Shown here in pieces: positions 28,167 to 36,790 of a stretch of DNA of 64,000 bases. Source of the DNA: Candidatus Gottesmanbacteria bacterium (GTDB lineage Bacteria > Patescibacteriota > Microgenomatia > UBA10105 > UBA927); contig CAWBPL010000002.1 of assembly GCA_963790805.1 (NCBI GenBank), positions 825,814 to 889,813 on the forward strand. The letters are read 5' to 3'. Positions within the stretch are counted from its first letter, which is position 1. Every line of letters begins with the position of its first letter. The position numbers were made by a program, and so were the translations under genes. The notes under the pieces were generated by a model. It was not told the origin of the DNA. It was given only the letters and a program-made list of their open reading frames with translations, and did no database searches.

Positions 28167-29156
28167 ATGCGAAGGAATATTCTTATCGCGATTGTTTTTT
28201 TTCTTGCCGGCGCGGCATGTACATATCTTATTTTTGTCCGATCGGCATCGTCAACAATTCTTTCGCCGATCGGGAAGATAAATGAAAAGCCTTTTGAAAA
28301 ATATACGATCCTTCATTTATCCTCACGTAAATATTCTTCTTCGCAGATAGTCTTAGATGCGCCGACTGCAACGACATCCGCGTATACCGTCTATACATTT
28401 CATTTTATGAGCGATGGAAAAAAAGTTACCGGTGTCGCACATATTCCAAATAGCGCTACTGCGCAAAATAAGAAACCGGTTATTGTTCAGTTTCGGGGAT
28501 ATGTTGATAAAGATAAATATTTTCCCGGTGAAGAAACAGAACCGAGTGCGAAAGTATACGCTGCCAACGGATTCATATCTCTGGCTCCTGATTTTTTGGG
28601 ATATGGTGGATCGGACAAGTCGTCGACCGATGCGTTTGAAGACCGCTTTTTAACCTACACGACGGCGCTTAACCTATTGGCGTCAGTGGGCACTCTTTCT
28701 ATGGCGGACGTCGCTCACGTGGGTATATGGGGACATAGTAACGGCGGACAAATTGCGCTTACTGTTTCTGAAATTATAGGAAGACCAATTCCTGTGGTTT
28801 TGTGGGCTCCTGTTTCGGCGCCGTTTCCGTATTCAATTTTGTATTATTCGGATGAAGCGGATGATCACGGAAAATTATTACGTAAGGAATTGGCAGATTT
28901 TGAACAGAATTACGACGCTGATCTTTATTCTCTTACCAATTATTTAAACCGCGTGGGAGGTCCGGTGCAAGTGCATCAGGGGACTGCTGACGATGCGGTG
29001 CCGGTGATATGGTCAGACCAGTTCGTACAAACGCTGAAAAGTGAAGGGGTTAGCGTTCAGTATTTTGTGTATCCCGGCGCGGATCACAATATGTCGGGTG
29101 TATGGGATACTGTAGTTTCCCGCGATGTAGCGTTTTTTCAGAAAAATTTAAAGTAA
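28167..29156 (+). CDS. Secreted alpha/beta hydrolase (S9/dienelactone-hydrolase-like).
   Basis: GIWGHSNGG is the nucleophile elbow GxSxG. There is a signal peptide, and the Asp/His catalytic residues lie downstream. Confidence 0.7.
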   Translation: MRRNILIAIVFFLAGAACTYLIFVRSASSTILSPIGKINEKPFEKYTILHLSSRKYSSSQIVLDAPTATTSAYTVYTFHFMSDGKKVTGVAHIPNSATAQNKKPVIVQFRGYVDKDKYFPGEETEPSAKVYAANGFISLAPDFLGYGGSDKSSTDAFEDRFLTYTTALNLLASVGTLSMADVAHVGIWGHSNGGQIALTVSEIIGRPIPVVLWAPVSAPFPYSILYYSDEADDHGKLLRKELADFEQNYDADLYSLTNYLNRVGGPVQVHQGTADDAVPVIWSDQFVQTLKSEGVSVQYFVYPGADHNMSGVWDTVVSRDVAFFQKNLK

Positions 29157-29349
29157 GATGTATAGCATGGGCTCCCGCTTTCCATTTTTTCGTCCTCACC
29201 GCATCTATCCTTCTGACTTATCTCATCTTCTTTTCCCATTATTACCTTGTGGAAACCTCCAATGACTTGGGTAGCATTCGTGAGCGACGAAAAAACGTAA
29301 ATCGGGATCCCTTTCAGTTGCGGTGTCACGAAAGACTATTGAAGAGCGC

Positions 29350-29501
29350 GAGGGAAACCATGTTGTGGACAACCTGCGCGTTTGCGGGAAACATAAAACA
29401 GTCAGCCTGCATCGCAAACGCGCAATTAGTGAGGAGGGGGACGACTTGGTGATTCACCCAAGCACACACCGAACGGGTCCCAACAACATGTCGTTTCCCT
29501 C
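29350..29501. repeat. About 150-nt element bounded by 19-22-nt imperfect inverted repeats and enclosing nested perfect stems. Its nature is unknown (ncRNA or MITE-like).
   Basis: The outer arms are GAGGGAAACCATGTTGTGG (29350-68) and CCAACAACATGTCGTTTCCCTC (29479-501). An inner 11-bp stem is GCGCGTTTGCG/CGCAAACGCGC. A GGGAC...GTCCC stem is also present. Confidence 0.45.
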
Positions 29502-29590
29502 GTGCTCTGATAAAATAGCGGTGGTAAAAAACGCGGCGGGCAGGACCTGCAAAAAACATGCAACCCCTCCGTGATCTAATAAGAAATAAT

Positions 29591-29622
29591 AAAAAACCGC
29601 GGGGTTAACCGCGGCTTTTTTA
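29591..29622. terminator. Bidirectional Rho-independent terminator between convergent genes.
   Basis: aaaaaaccgcggggttaaccgcggctttttt. Confidence 0.7.
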
Positions 29623-29638
29623 TATTATTTTTATCACG

Positions 29639-30145
29639 TTAAGATTTTGGCAGTGAGAATACTGCGCTGCATGTTGCTTTTGCTCCCTGATCATCCTTCA
29701 GTACAACATTGATTGTTGTCGGGATTGTCGGCTGTGCGGCAATACCCTGCGATGTACACTTAAATACATCTCCGTTTCTTTCCGGCTTCGCTGTCAGGGG
29801 GGACGTTACGTCTTCGCTCCCGACGACTTTGTTTTCCTGCATAACAGTCATGCTGCAGGTAACTGATGTCGGACCGGTTGGGTCGACACCTTCGACGGTA
29901 AAGTAATATTTAGGAAATCCTAAGACCGGATTATAATATCGATTCTCACACGACAATCGCGTAATTGGTCCCGGCGTTGGAGTCGGTGCCGGTGTCATAG
30001 TGACGCCTCCAGCACCCGGTGTTGTCGATGGTTTCGGGCGCAAAAGATATCCTGCTCCAATGACGGCAACTAATACGAGAGCACCGAGAACATAATACAT
30101 AGAACTATTAGTACTGGTTGAGTTTTCCATTGTTTCTTCTTCCAT
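29639..30145 (-). CDS. Hypothetical membrane-anchored protein with a PT linker.
   Basis: TM segment followed by TPAPTPTPGP. Confidence 0.45.
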   Translation of the reverse strand: MEEETMENSTSTNSSMYYVLGALVLVAVIGAGYLLRPKPSTTPGAGGVTMTPAPTPTPGPITRLSCENRYYNPVLGFPKYYFTVEGVDPTGPTSVTCSMTVMQENKVVGSEDVTSPLTAKPERNGDVFKCTSQGIAAQPTIPTTINVVLKDDQGAKATCSAVFSLPKS

Positions 30146-30475
30146 ATGCTTTTACTATAACCATATTTTTTGGGGAATGCAAGGGGTCAATTTTCTCTAT
30201 GGGATTATTGAATAAATAGGATATAAATATATATTTTTTTGGGGACTTTATGTTGAATTACGGATCGTTATAACAATATAATCGAATAATGTCAACAACA
30301 TAATACTCAACAATATATTTGTCGATATGTCAAATCCGCGCAAAAAATATTCAACGAATTTTTATGAAATGAAATTGAAAAAAATTATCTGCACGTTTTG
30401 TGATTTCTCGTTAATAATTATTTATGAATAGGAGTGTATGGAAAGAAATAGAAAACAGTTAGGGGATTTTTTTGT

Positions 30476-30563
30476 TGGTGCCAAGGCTAGGATTCGAACC
30501 TAGGTAGCCCGTTAAGGCGTCAGATTTACAGTCTGATACGATTGACCGCTCCGCCACCTTGGC
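30476..30563 (-). tRNA. tRNA-Tyr (anticodon GTA), with a long variable arm and an encoded CCA.
   Basis: Acceptor GCCAAGG/CCTTGGC. Anticodon stem TCAGA-CTGTAAA-TCTGA. Long variable arm. T-arm CTAGG-TTCGAAT-CCTAG. Ends in ACCA. Confidence 0.85.
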
Positions 30564-30661
30564 AATAATCTTTCAATACAGTGCTTATTATAGCGAATTT
30601 TTCCCAGTTTGAATACGAGAACCCTTGACGCATGTTTTCGTTGCGTATACAGTAATGATAT

Positions 30662-30976
30662 ATGAAAGCATTCCTCGCGGGTGTTTTGTTTCTTGTTCTT
30701 CTTGGCGTTGTGGGATTTTTTGCACTCCGGCATTTCAGTAAGACAGATAATAACCAGCAAACATTTAAAACCGCTGCAATTACGCGAACCGGAGTTCTTC
30801 AAAAATCAACAGTTAACGGCGCTGATTTTTCGCATGTCATCATGAGTGGTGGTCAATCGTGGGGCGTTACGTCGTATTCAGTCAATTTGGATCAATATGT
30901 AGGAAAAAAAGTTGAGGCCACCGGTCAAAATTCCGGTACCACACTCTATATCGATACGATCAAAGAGGTTCCCTAA
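30662..30976 (+). CDS. Small hypothetical N-terminally anchored protein.
   Basis: 104-aa ORF with an N-terminal TM segment. Confidence 0.4.
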   Translation: MKAFLAGVLFLVLLGVVGFFALRHFSKTDNNQQTFKTAAITRTGVLQKSTVNGADFSHVIMSGGQSWGVTSYSVNLDQYVGKKVEATGQNSGTTLYIDTIKEVP

Positions 30977-30985
30977 GAGGTATCT

Positions 30986-31309
30986 ATGCTTACCCGCGCG
31001 CGATTAAAAGAACGAGTAAAACCAGTAAGCCGCCGCATCAGAGGTATTGCCCAGTTGTATCGGATAGGGATTTTATATCTTCTGGCTCATGAGGCCATGG
31101 AAGTACATGATATAACGGATAACTTGGGATTGGCGGAAAATCTGGTTTCCCACCATTTGAAACAACTGTATTTGAGCGGGTGGGTATTGAAAACGAGAAA
31201 AGGGAGAGTTGTAACGTATCGACTGAACGAGAAAGCGTTTTTCGAATTTAACCGCCTTTTTGAAGATACCCCGTTTGACCGCGACGTGCTTTCGAAATAT
31301 AGAAAATAA
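30986..31309 (+). CDS. ArsR/SmtB-family winged-helix transcriptional regulator.
   Basis: ILYLLAHEAMEVHDITDNLGLAENLVSHHLKQL...GRVVTYRL is the ArsR HTH pattern. Confidence 0.65.
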   Translation: MLTRARLKERVKPVSRRIRGIAQLYRIGILYLLAHEAMEVHDITDNLGLAENLVSHHLKQLYLSGWVLKTRKGRVVTYRLNEKAFFEFNRLFEDTPFDRDVLSKYRK

Positions 31310-31338
31310 GTTTTCTAGCTTCTACTAAAATATTATTG

Positions 31339-31410
31339 AGCCGAGACGGGGATTCGGACCCCGGACCTACTGTTTACAAAACAGTTGCTCTACCACTGAG
31401 CTATCTCGGC
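31339..31410 (-). tRNA. tRNA-Thr (anticodon TGT).
   Basis: GCCGAGA-TA-GCTC-AGTGGTA-GAGC-A-ACTGT-TTTGTAA-ACAGT-AGGTC-CGGGG-TCCGAAT-CCCCG-TCTCGGC-T. Confidence 0.8.
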
Positions 31411-31709
31411 ACGCAATCAATTCTATCAAACGCCTTAGGGAACAGCAATCTGTCAGGGGTGTCCAATTGAAGAAGAAATACGCTAAATCATTTCGCCCGG
31501 TGGCCTTGAAGCAAATTTCCCCGATCTATTCAATCGGATGGACTGGTCCTGATACACTCGGTATCGGGAACACATAGTCCTGTTGCTCCTTAGAAATTAA
31601 GGAACTACCTCAAATGTTGTGAACTTGTAGAGGAAATTTTCCTTCAAGTTCGCCACACGAGCATAATTATCGTAAAACAGCTCATTCGGGATTGTCAAGT
31701 CTCAATTTG

Positions 31710-32960
31710 TTACGTTGTCGCTTTTTTCTCTGCAGCATCTTGAGAGACGAGCTTAAATTTAGTTTTTGCGAGAAGACTTTGAGCAGCATCATTGGTCGCT
31801 TCGTCTTCTTGTCGCTTCCTTCGGGCTTCTTCGTTTGCTTTGATCGATTTTACTTTGGTTTCCTTCGCTTCCGCATCTGTCTTTCGGGCACTTTCAGCGG
31901 CTTTTAGAACTCTTTCTTGATGTGTAAGTTCATCATGAACAAGACGAACAAATTGATTCCGCGCCGTGGTTCGTATGAGAGAGGTTAACATTCTGTAATC
32001 AGAAAGAGATTGAATTTCTGCTCTCTGTTCTTCAGTATTTTCCGAGGTGGCGAGAACGGTTAATGCTTTCGCCTCATTTTCTGCAGAAATCTCTTTGGGA
32101 AGTGCTATGGGCATCACGAGAATGGCTTCGTCCATGGTTTTTTTCTCGTCTGGCTTGTCAGCGGCGCCTGATTGTAGGAAGGAGTTGGATATGTTCGCGT
32201 TGGTAGGTTCTGTGACTACTCGTTCTACAGCGTGATCAAATGCGGCTTGAGTGCTTAGGTTTTGAACTATGTGCTCCATATGCGCCACGAGGACACTTTG
32301 CGCCTTTTCAAAAAGACCGGGACGTACCGCTTTGTATTTTTTGTTTGTTCTTTCATGAAGGAGTGAGACAATGATTGCTGTTTGGCGTTGTACTGCGTTA
32401 TCCGGATGAGAGAGGAGCATTTCTAAATTATCATAGACCTCAGGAAGTATCACATCGCCTTCATGACCGGCTGTTGGATTGTCTCTCAAAATGGTGAGGG
32501 CAAGGTCTCTTCGGTTTGGATTGGGTGAGCTCAAAAGGTACGTGAGCGTTTCCGGGTAAACTTTTAATGTTTGTCGCCGCAGCAAGTTTTCCGCCCGCGC
32601 CGCTACGCTGCCGTCCGGAAAGTCTAGATTCTCGGCAATAACGTGTTGTGTGGCGGGATGATCGATATTACCTAATCCGTTGAGTATGTCACAAGCGGCG
32701 TACGGTTGATAAACGTTTCTGTCCACTTGGAATGCGACAGGATTACTTAAGGCAGTTAGCTGTTTAGAGGCTTCTTGGGCAATGTCGACTTCTGTTCCGG
32801 CGAGGTTACGCTCATGGAGGGTAATAGAGTCGACGAAATCAATAGAGGCTTGTCGAGGAGATTGGAGATCTAGATTTTCGAGTATGCCACAGGGTAAACA
32901 GTCCTGAAGCCGGACTCGATAATCGACACTCATTCGTTGTTTTTCGTAAACTACAGCCAT
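31710..32960 (-). CDS. Hypothetical protein with a charged C-terminal tail.
   Basis: 416-aa ORF; no recognisable motif. Confidence 0.5.
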   Translation of the reverse strand: MAVVYEKQRMSVDYRVRLQDCLPCGILENLDLQSPRQASIDFVDSITLHERNLAGTEVDIAQEASKQLTALSNPVAFQVDRNVYQPYAACDILNGLGNIDHPATQHVIAENLDFPDGSVAARAENLLRRQTLKVYPETLTYLLSSPNPNRRDLALTILRDNPTAGHEGDVILPEVYDNLEMLLSHPDNAVQRQTAIIVSLLHERTNKKYKAVRPGLFEKAQSVLVAHMEHIVQNLSTQAAFDHAVERVVTEPTNANISNSFLQSGAADKPDEKKTMDEAILVMPIALPKEISAENEAKALTVLATSENTEEQRAEIQSLSDYRMLTSLIRTTARNQFVRLVHDELTHQERVLKAAESARKTDAEAKETKVKSIKANEEARRKRQEDEATNDAAQSLLAKTKFKLVSQDAAEKKATT

Positions 32961-33282
32961 ATGCTAAATGAAAAACATGAGATATTGTCCATATTATTTT
33001 TTCAGTAAAAAATACTCGAGGAGCGTTAAGACCGCGATCGTCTGTGAGACAAATGCGATCCACGCGAGTTTGGTACCAAAAGGCATGGGATTCCAAACCT
33101 CCCAAAATGTGTGTTTCCAAAGCTGGATGTTTGTTTTAATCACATTTTTCATAGTTACGGTTACAAGATGTTCCCAGTCCGCATGAGTAGATGTTAGAGA
33201 TTCGCAGGCTATAGGTTAACAACTTTACGAAGGAGGGAACATCGTACGTGACGGCATTATTGTAAGTTGATATATAATTTAG

Positions 33283-33305
33283 GGCAATGCATCACGGTGA
33301 TGCAT
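33283..33305. promoter_or_regulatory. Perfect 10-bp inverted repeat with a 2-nt spacer (operator-like palindrome).
   Basis: GATGCATCACcgGTGATGCATC. Confidence 0.4.
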
Positions 33306-33310
33306 CGAGG

Positions 33311-33874
33311 CTATTTTGGAAGCTTATTTTTAATATGTTGTTCTATAAGCTTACGAAGGTAGACGGATTTGGGCATTTTTTCCTTTTTTGATACCTTTTC
33401 AAGGTATGCTGCTATCTGGGGCGTTACAAAGAAGGTAAATCGGGTATCGGCCGCCCCTCGGACAAATGTAATGAATTCATCAATGATTTCCTCTACCGTA
33501 TCGAAGGTGTATTTTTCGCATACAATTTTTTCGTCGCTGTGGTACGCAAACAGACTTGGCGGGTCGCCCACGCTGTAGAGTATAAGAACAGGCTTGCGAT
33601 ATTGAAGAGCGAGCGATATTTCATAGCCCACTGAGATGCTTGGGAATGAGCTTTCTACCACCATAAAGTCGCTGTGTTGAATCCACGTTTCAAGCTTCCG
33701 GTGAAAACGTAGCCGCTCTTCGCGCGTTTTCATGTGGATTTCAGGCTCGGTTGTGTTAATGATATGTTCTGACTGAACAATATAATTTTTTGATGTTAAT
33801 ACGCTGATGATTTTCTGATAATTTGGTAAAAAGTCTTTTTTACCGACGATAGAAGCGGTGAAGTAGACATTCAT
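33311..33874 (-). CDS. Nucleoside 2-deoxyribosyltransferase-like (Rossmann/SLOG-like) domain fused to a C-terminal ribbon-helix-helix-like segment.
   Basis: SVGYEISLALQYRKPVLILYS resembles the NDT-family E..A..GKPV block. The C-terminal KMPKSVYLRKLIEQHIKN is RHH-like. Both assignments are tentative. Confidence 0.4.
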   Translation of the reverse strand: MNVYFTASIVGKKDFLPNYQKIISVLTSKNYIVQSEHIINTTEPEIHMKTREERLRFHRKLETWIQHSDFMVVESSFPSISVGYEISLALQYRKPVLILYSVGDPPSLFAYHSDEKIVCEKYTFDTVEEIIDEFITFVRGAADTRFTFFVTPQIAAYLEKVSKKEKMPKSVYLRKLIEQHIKNKLPK

Positions 33875-33941
33875 AGATTGATGTGTGATCTATTATACAG
33901 CGCCGTAACAAGAAATCCAATAAATGCCCCCCTATAGGCTG

Positions 33942-34616
33942 TTAAATAAGTTGTGCCCCCGGAATAAGAAGTTGAAGGATAAAATTAATGGCAGGGGTAA
34001 TAAACCGGCTGATTGGCGATACTCCGCCGAAGAGCGGTAATACTAAAAATAAGAGAAAAATGAGCCCGTACGGTTCAAGTTCGTGCCATTGCCGCGCGTA
34101 CTCATCGGGCAGCAGACCCTCAACGATTTTAAATCCGTCTAAGGGGTGGATGGGCACTAAATTAAATATCCCCAAGGCCACGTTAAGCACAATAATAGGT
34201 TGTAATAGCGCTCCGACAAGATATGTGATGAATCCTATAATGCCGTTCGATAAAAGCGTAAGATGGGTATTAAAAAGAATCCGAAGGAGTATTGCACAAA
34301 CAATTGCACAGACGAAATTAGAGATCGGACCGGCGATGGAGATAATTGCCGCGTCGCGGCGGGGGTTTCTGAGGTTATACGGGTCGAATTGAACAGGCTT
34401 TCCCCAGCCGAACGATACTAAAAGCAGCATGATCGTGCCGATCGGATCCAAATGCGCTATGGGATTTAACGTTAAACGCCCCTGTAGCCTCGGTGTCGGG
34501 TCGCCAAGCCGGTCTGCCGCGTACGCATGGGAAAACTCGTGTATCGTGATGGCAACGAGTAGTGAGATGACCCAGAAGACAAATGCAACGGGATTGTTGA
34601 ATAATTGGGTGATCAT
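33942..34616 (-). CDS. Site-2 protease family (peptidase M50) membrane metalloprotease.
   Basis: HEFSHAYAA is the HExxH motif. NLVPIHPLDGFKIV matches the M50 LDG motif. Confidence 0.8.
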   Translation of the reverse strand: MITQLFNNPVAFVFWVISLLVAITIHEFSHAYAADRLGDPTPRLQGRLTLNPIAHLDPIGTIMLLLVSFGWGKPVQFDPYNLRNPRRDAAIISIAGPISNFVCAIVCAILLRILFNTHLTLLSNGIIGFITYLVGALLQPIIVLNVALGIFNLVPIHPLDGFKIVEGLLPDEYARQWHELEPYGLIFLLFLVLPLFGGVSPISRFITPAINFILQLLIPGAQLI

Positions 34617-34639
34617 GTGGTATAGTATACCATCCTATT

Positions 34640-34888
34640 ATGGCATATCAATGTGACATTTGTTCAAAGAAAACGCACGCAGGACGACAACATACGCATC
34701 ATACCGGTGTTGCCGGCGGACAGTGGAAAAAGCGTGCCCAAAAGACGAACCGCAGTTTCGCGCCGAATCTTCACTGGGTATCGCTTCCCATCGGCGGTGT
34801 TGTGACGCGGGTGCGGGCATGTGCACGATGTATTAAACGCGTACGATTTGACCTCAAGAAAGCTTCAAAAGTAGCAGTAGCTTCGTAA
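34640..34888 (+). CDS. rpmB: 50S ribosomal protein L28.
   Basis: MAYQCDICSKKTHAGRQ...RSFAPNLHWV...RVRACARCIK is the L28 pattern. Confidence 0.8.
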   Translation: MAYQCDICSKKTHAGRQHTHHTGVAGGQWKKRAQKTNRSFAPNLHWVSLPIGGVVTRVRACARCIKRVRFDLKKASKVAVAS

Positions 34889-34910
34889 TTTTTAGAATTA
34901 TTAGCCCCCA

Positions 34911-35240
34911 TTATTTCGCAGGTGTTGGTGTTGGAGCTTCGCACACAAATGTCGGACAGCCGTTGGTGACGTCTCGTATGTATTTCCATCCGGTTGAACA
35001 GTCTTCGGCTCTGGGCAAGCTGACTGTTGGACAGACGAGTCCGGCTTTGCTTCGGATGTCGTTGGCAACGCCGGTTATGTTGTTTAGAAGTGTCACCAAT
35101 AAGATAAATGCGAGCGTCAGAAACAGGATGAAATTCCACGATTTAAAATCATACGCTTTGGTACTTAACGTTGAGGTTTTTCGTTTAGCCATAGAAACAC
35201 TCCTTATATTTACCGTACGGTTTATAGATTGTTGTGTCAA
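34911..35240 (-). CDS. Small hypothetical membrane-anchored protein.
   Basis: TM segment plus a Cys-containing ectodomain. The start is uncertain. Confidence 0.35.
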   Translation of the reverse strand: MTQQSINRTVNIRSVSMAKRKTSTLSTKAYDFKSWNFILFLTLAFILLVTLLNNITGVANDIRSKAGLVCPTVSLPRAEDCSTGWKYIRDVTNGCPTFVCEAPTPTPAK

Positions 35241-35263
35241 GAGGTGAATGGGCGGGTGTTTCT

Positions 35264-36229
35264 TTATACGCCGTATGCCTTGGCAAATTGTTCGTAGGAT
35301 ACCGGATTTTTTCCTTCAAGTTGGACGACTTCAAGAATCAGTTTATGGCCGGAGGTTGAAAGTTTAAGGAGTTTTAATCGCTTTTCTTCGTTGTGGAGAG
35401 TGATTTTGGTCCAGAGTCCGGGCCACGGAGTGAGCGCGCGCTGCGCCCGAACTAACGCTTCGGGGTAATCCGTTATGTTCAGTTTCTGAAAAATCTGGGG
35501 AATCGAAGCTTCGGGCGGCTTGAGTTGGCGAAGTATTGCCGTAAGAAATTCCCATGATACGTATCCATCCTCTCGGGTGAATTTCGGGGCATATACTGCA
35601 GTTTTGGCATCTTGAACGCTACCTTTGAGTTTTCCCTCAAGATAGTCGGAAAGAAGCTCGGCAATCAGATCTGCTCCCAGTTGAAACAGTTCGGTCCGGA
35701 TCGGGTCAGCGGTTTGCTTATCGTCCATGGGGATTTTTTTCTGACCGATTATTTTGCCATTGTCAAAAGAATCAGCAAGCGTTACCACGCTGACTCCGAT
35801 CTGGTGATCACCGGCCAATATGGCCCACGGGACAGGATCTGCACCTCTCCAGCGGGGTAAAATCGATGGGTGTACGTTTAATCCGCCGAATCGGGCGTGA
35901 CTAACGGTTTCAGATGGAATTTTTTGGCCATACGATGCGCTGAGTATGAGATCCGCTTTAAAGGGTTCTAGGGTATCGATAACGGTTTGTTCACTTTCAT
36001 ACAGCCATGGATGATCGTTATTTGACGGAAATGAAAGAAAAGGGATTTTGTGATCTTGAGCCCACGCTTGAACGGGGGTCGGTGTAATAATTTGCTTCCT
36101 GCCGACGGGTTTCGGCGGTTGAGTGACGACTGCGGCAATTGCGAGGAGAGTTTGTCCAAGGGTTAGGTGCGAAATATTTTCAAGAACGATCGTTGAATCG
36201 CTTGTTGAGCCAAAAAAAAGTATCTTCAT
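35264..36229 (-). CDS. fmt: Methionyl-tRNA formyltransferase.
   Basis: GGLNVHPSILPRWRGADP is the formyltransferase motif. It lies downstream of def. Confidence 0.9.
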   Translation of the reverse strand: MKILFFGSTSDSTIVLENISHLTLGQTLLAIAAVVTQPPKPVGRKQIITPTPVQAWAQDHKIPFLSFPSNNDHPWLYESEQTVIDTLEPFKADLILSASYGQKIPSETVSHARFGGLNVHPSILPRWRGADPVPWAILAGDHQIGVSVVTLADSFDNGKIIGQKKIPMDDKQTADPIRTELFQLGADLIAELLSDYLEGKLKGSVQDAKTAVYAPKFTREDGYVSWEFLTAILRQLKPPEASIPQIFQKLNITDYPEALVRAQRALTPWPGLWTKITLHNEEKRLKLLKLSTSGHKLILEVVQLEGKNPVSYEQFAKAYGV

Positions 36230-36238
36230 GGTGGAAAT

Positions 36239-36790
36239 TTATTTCAATTCTATTTCTTCCAGGATTTCCTTGCCGTTTTCGTCTTTTCCTGATTGATAAA
36301 ACTTGCCTTGTGATTCCAATACGCGTTGAGTGAAAAGAGTACCGTTAATATGATCGGTTTCGTGCTGGACGATGGTTGCTAAGAATCCCGATATTTCTTC
36401 TTCGTGTTTTTTGCCGGTTTCATCCATAAACCGTATCGTTACCGATGAGGATCGCTTCACGCGGCCCCAGATTGCGGGAATGGAAAGGCATCCTTCCAGT
36501 TTGTTTTCGCGCTCGGGCACGCCATCCGTTTGGCCGGTTCGTGCGGTAATTTCCGGATTAATAAATACGCGAATCGTGTCTTTTTCACTGCGCCGTGTCA
36601 CGAACACTGCATACGGTTCTCCGATTTGCGGAGCAGCAAGACCCACCCCTTTGGGATTACGCGTCGCGACCAGCGTCGATTTGAGATCAGAAATAAGCCG
36701 CTTGAGGCGTTTATCAAACTTGACGATTGGTTTTGCAGGCGTTATCAGTATGTTATTGGGCACCTTAACAATTGGTTTCATGGTGCTCAT
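36239..36790 (-). CDS. def: Peptide deformylase.
   Basis: GVGLAAPQIG, EGCLSIP and HETDHINGT are the three PDF motifs. Confidence 0.9.
   Translation of the reverse strand: MSTMKPIVKVPNNILITPAKPIVKFDKRLKRLISDLKSTLVATRNPKGVGLAAPQIGEPYAVFVTRRSEKDTIRVFINPEITARTGQTDGVPERENKLEGCLSIPAIWGRVKRSSSVTIRFMDETGKKHEEEISGFLATIVQHETDHINGTLFTQRVLESQGKFYQSGKDENGKEILEEIELK

Noticed and set aside
29102-29574. Overlapping ORFs 29102..29452(+), 29323..29574(+) and 29326..29559(-).
   Set aside because: Mutually overlapping frames inside a GC-rich, heavily base-paired element; they are read as structured non-coding DNA.
30512-30802. 96-aa ORF on the minus strand.
   Set aside because: It overlaps tRNA-Tyr and has no coding features.
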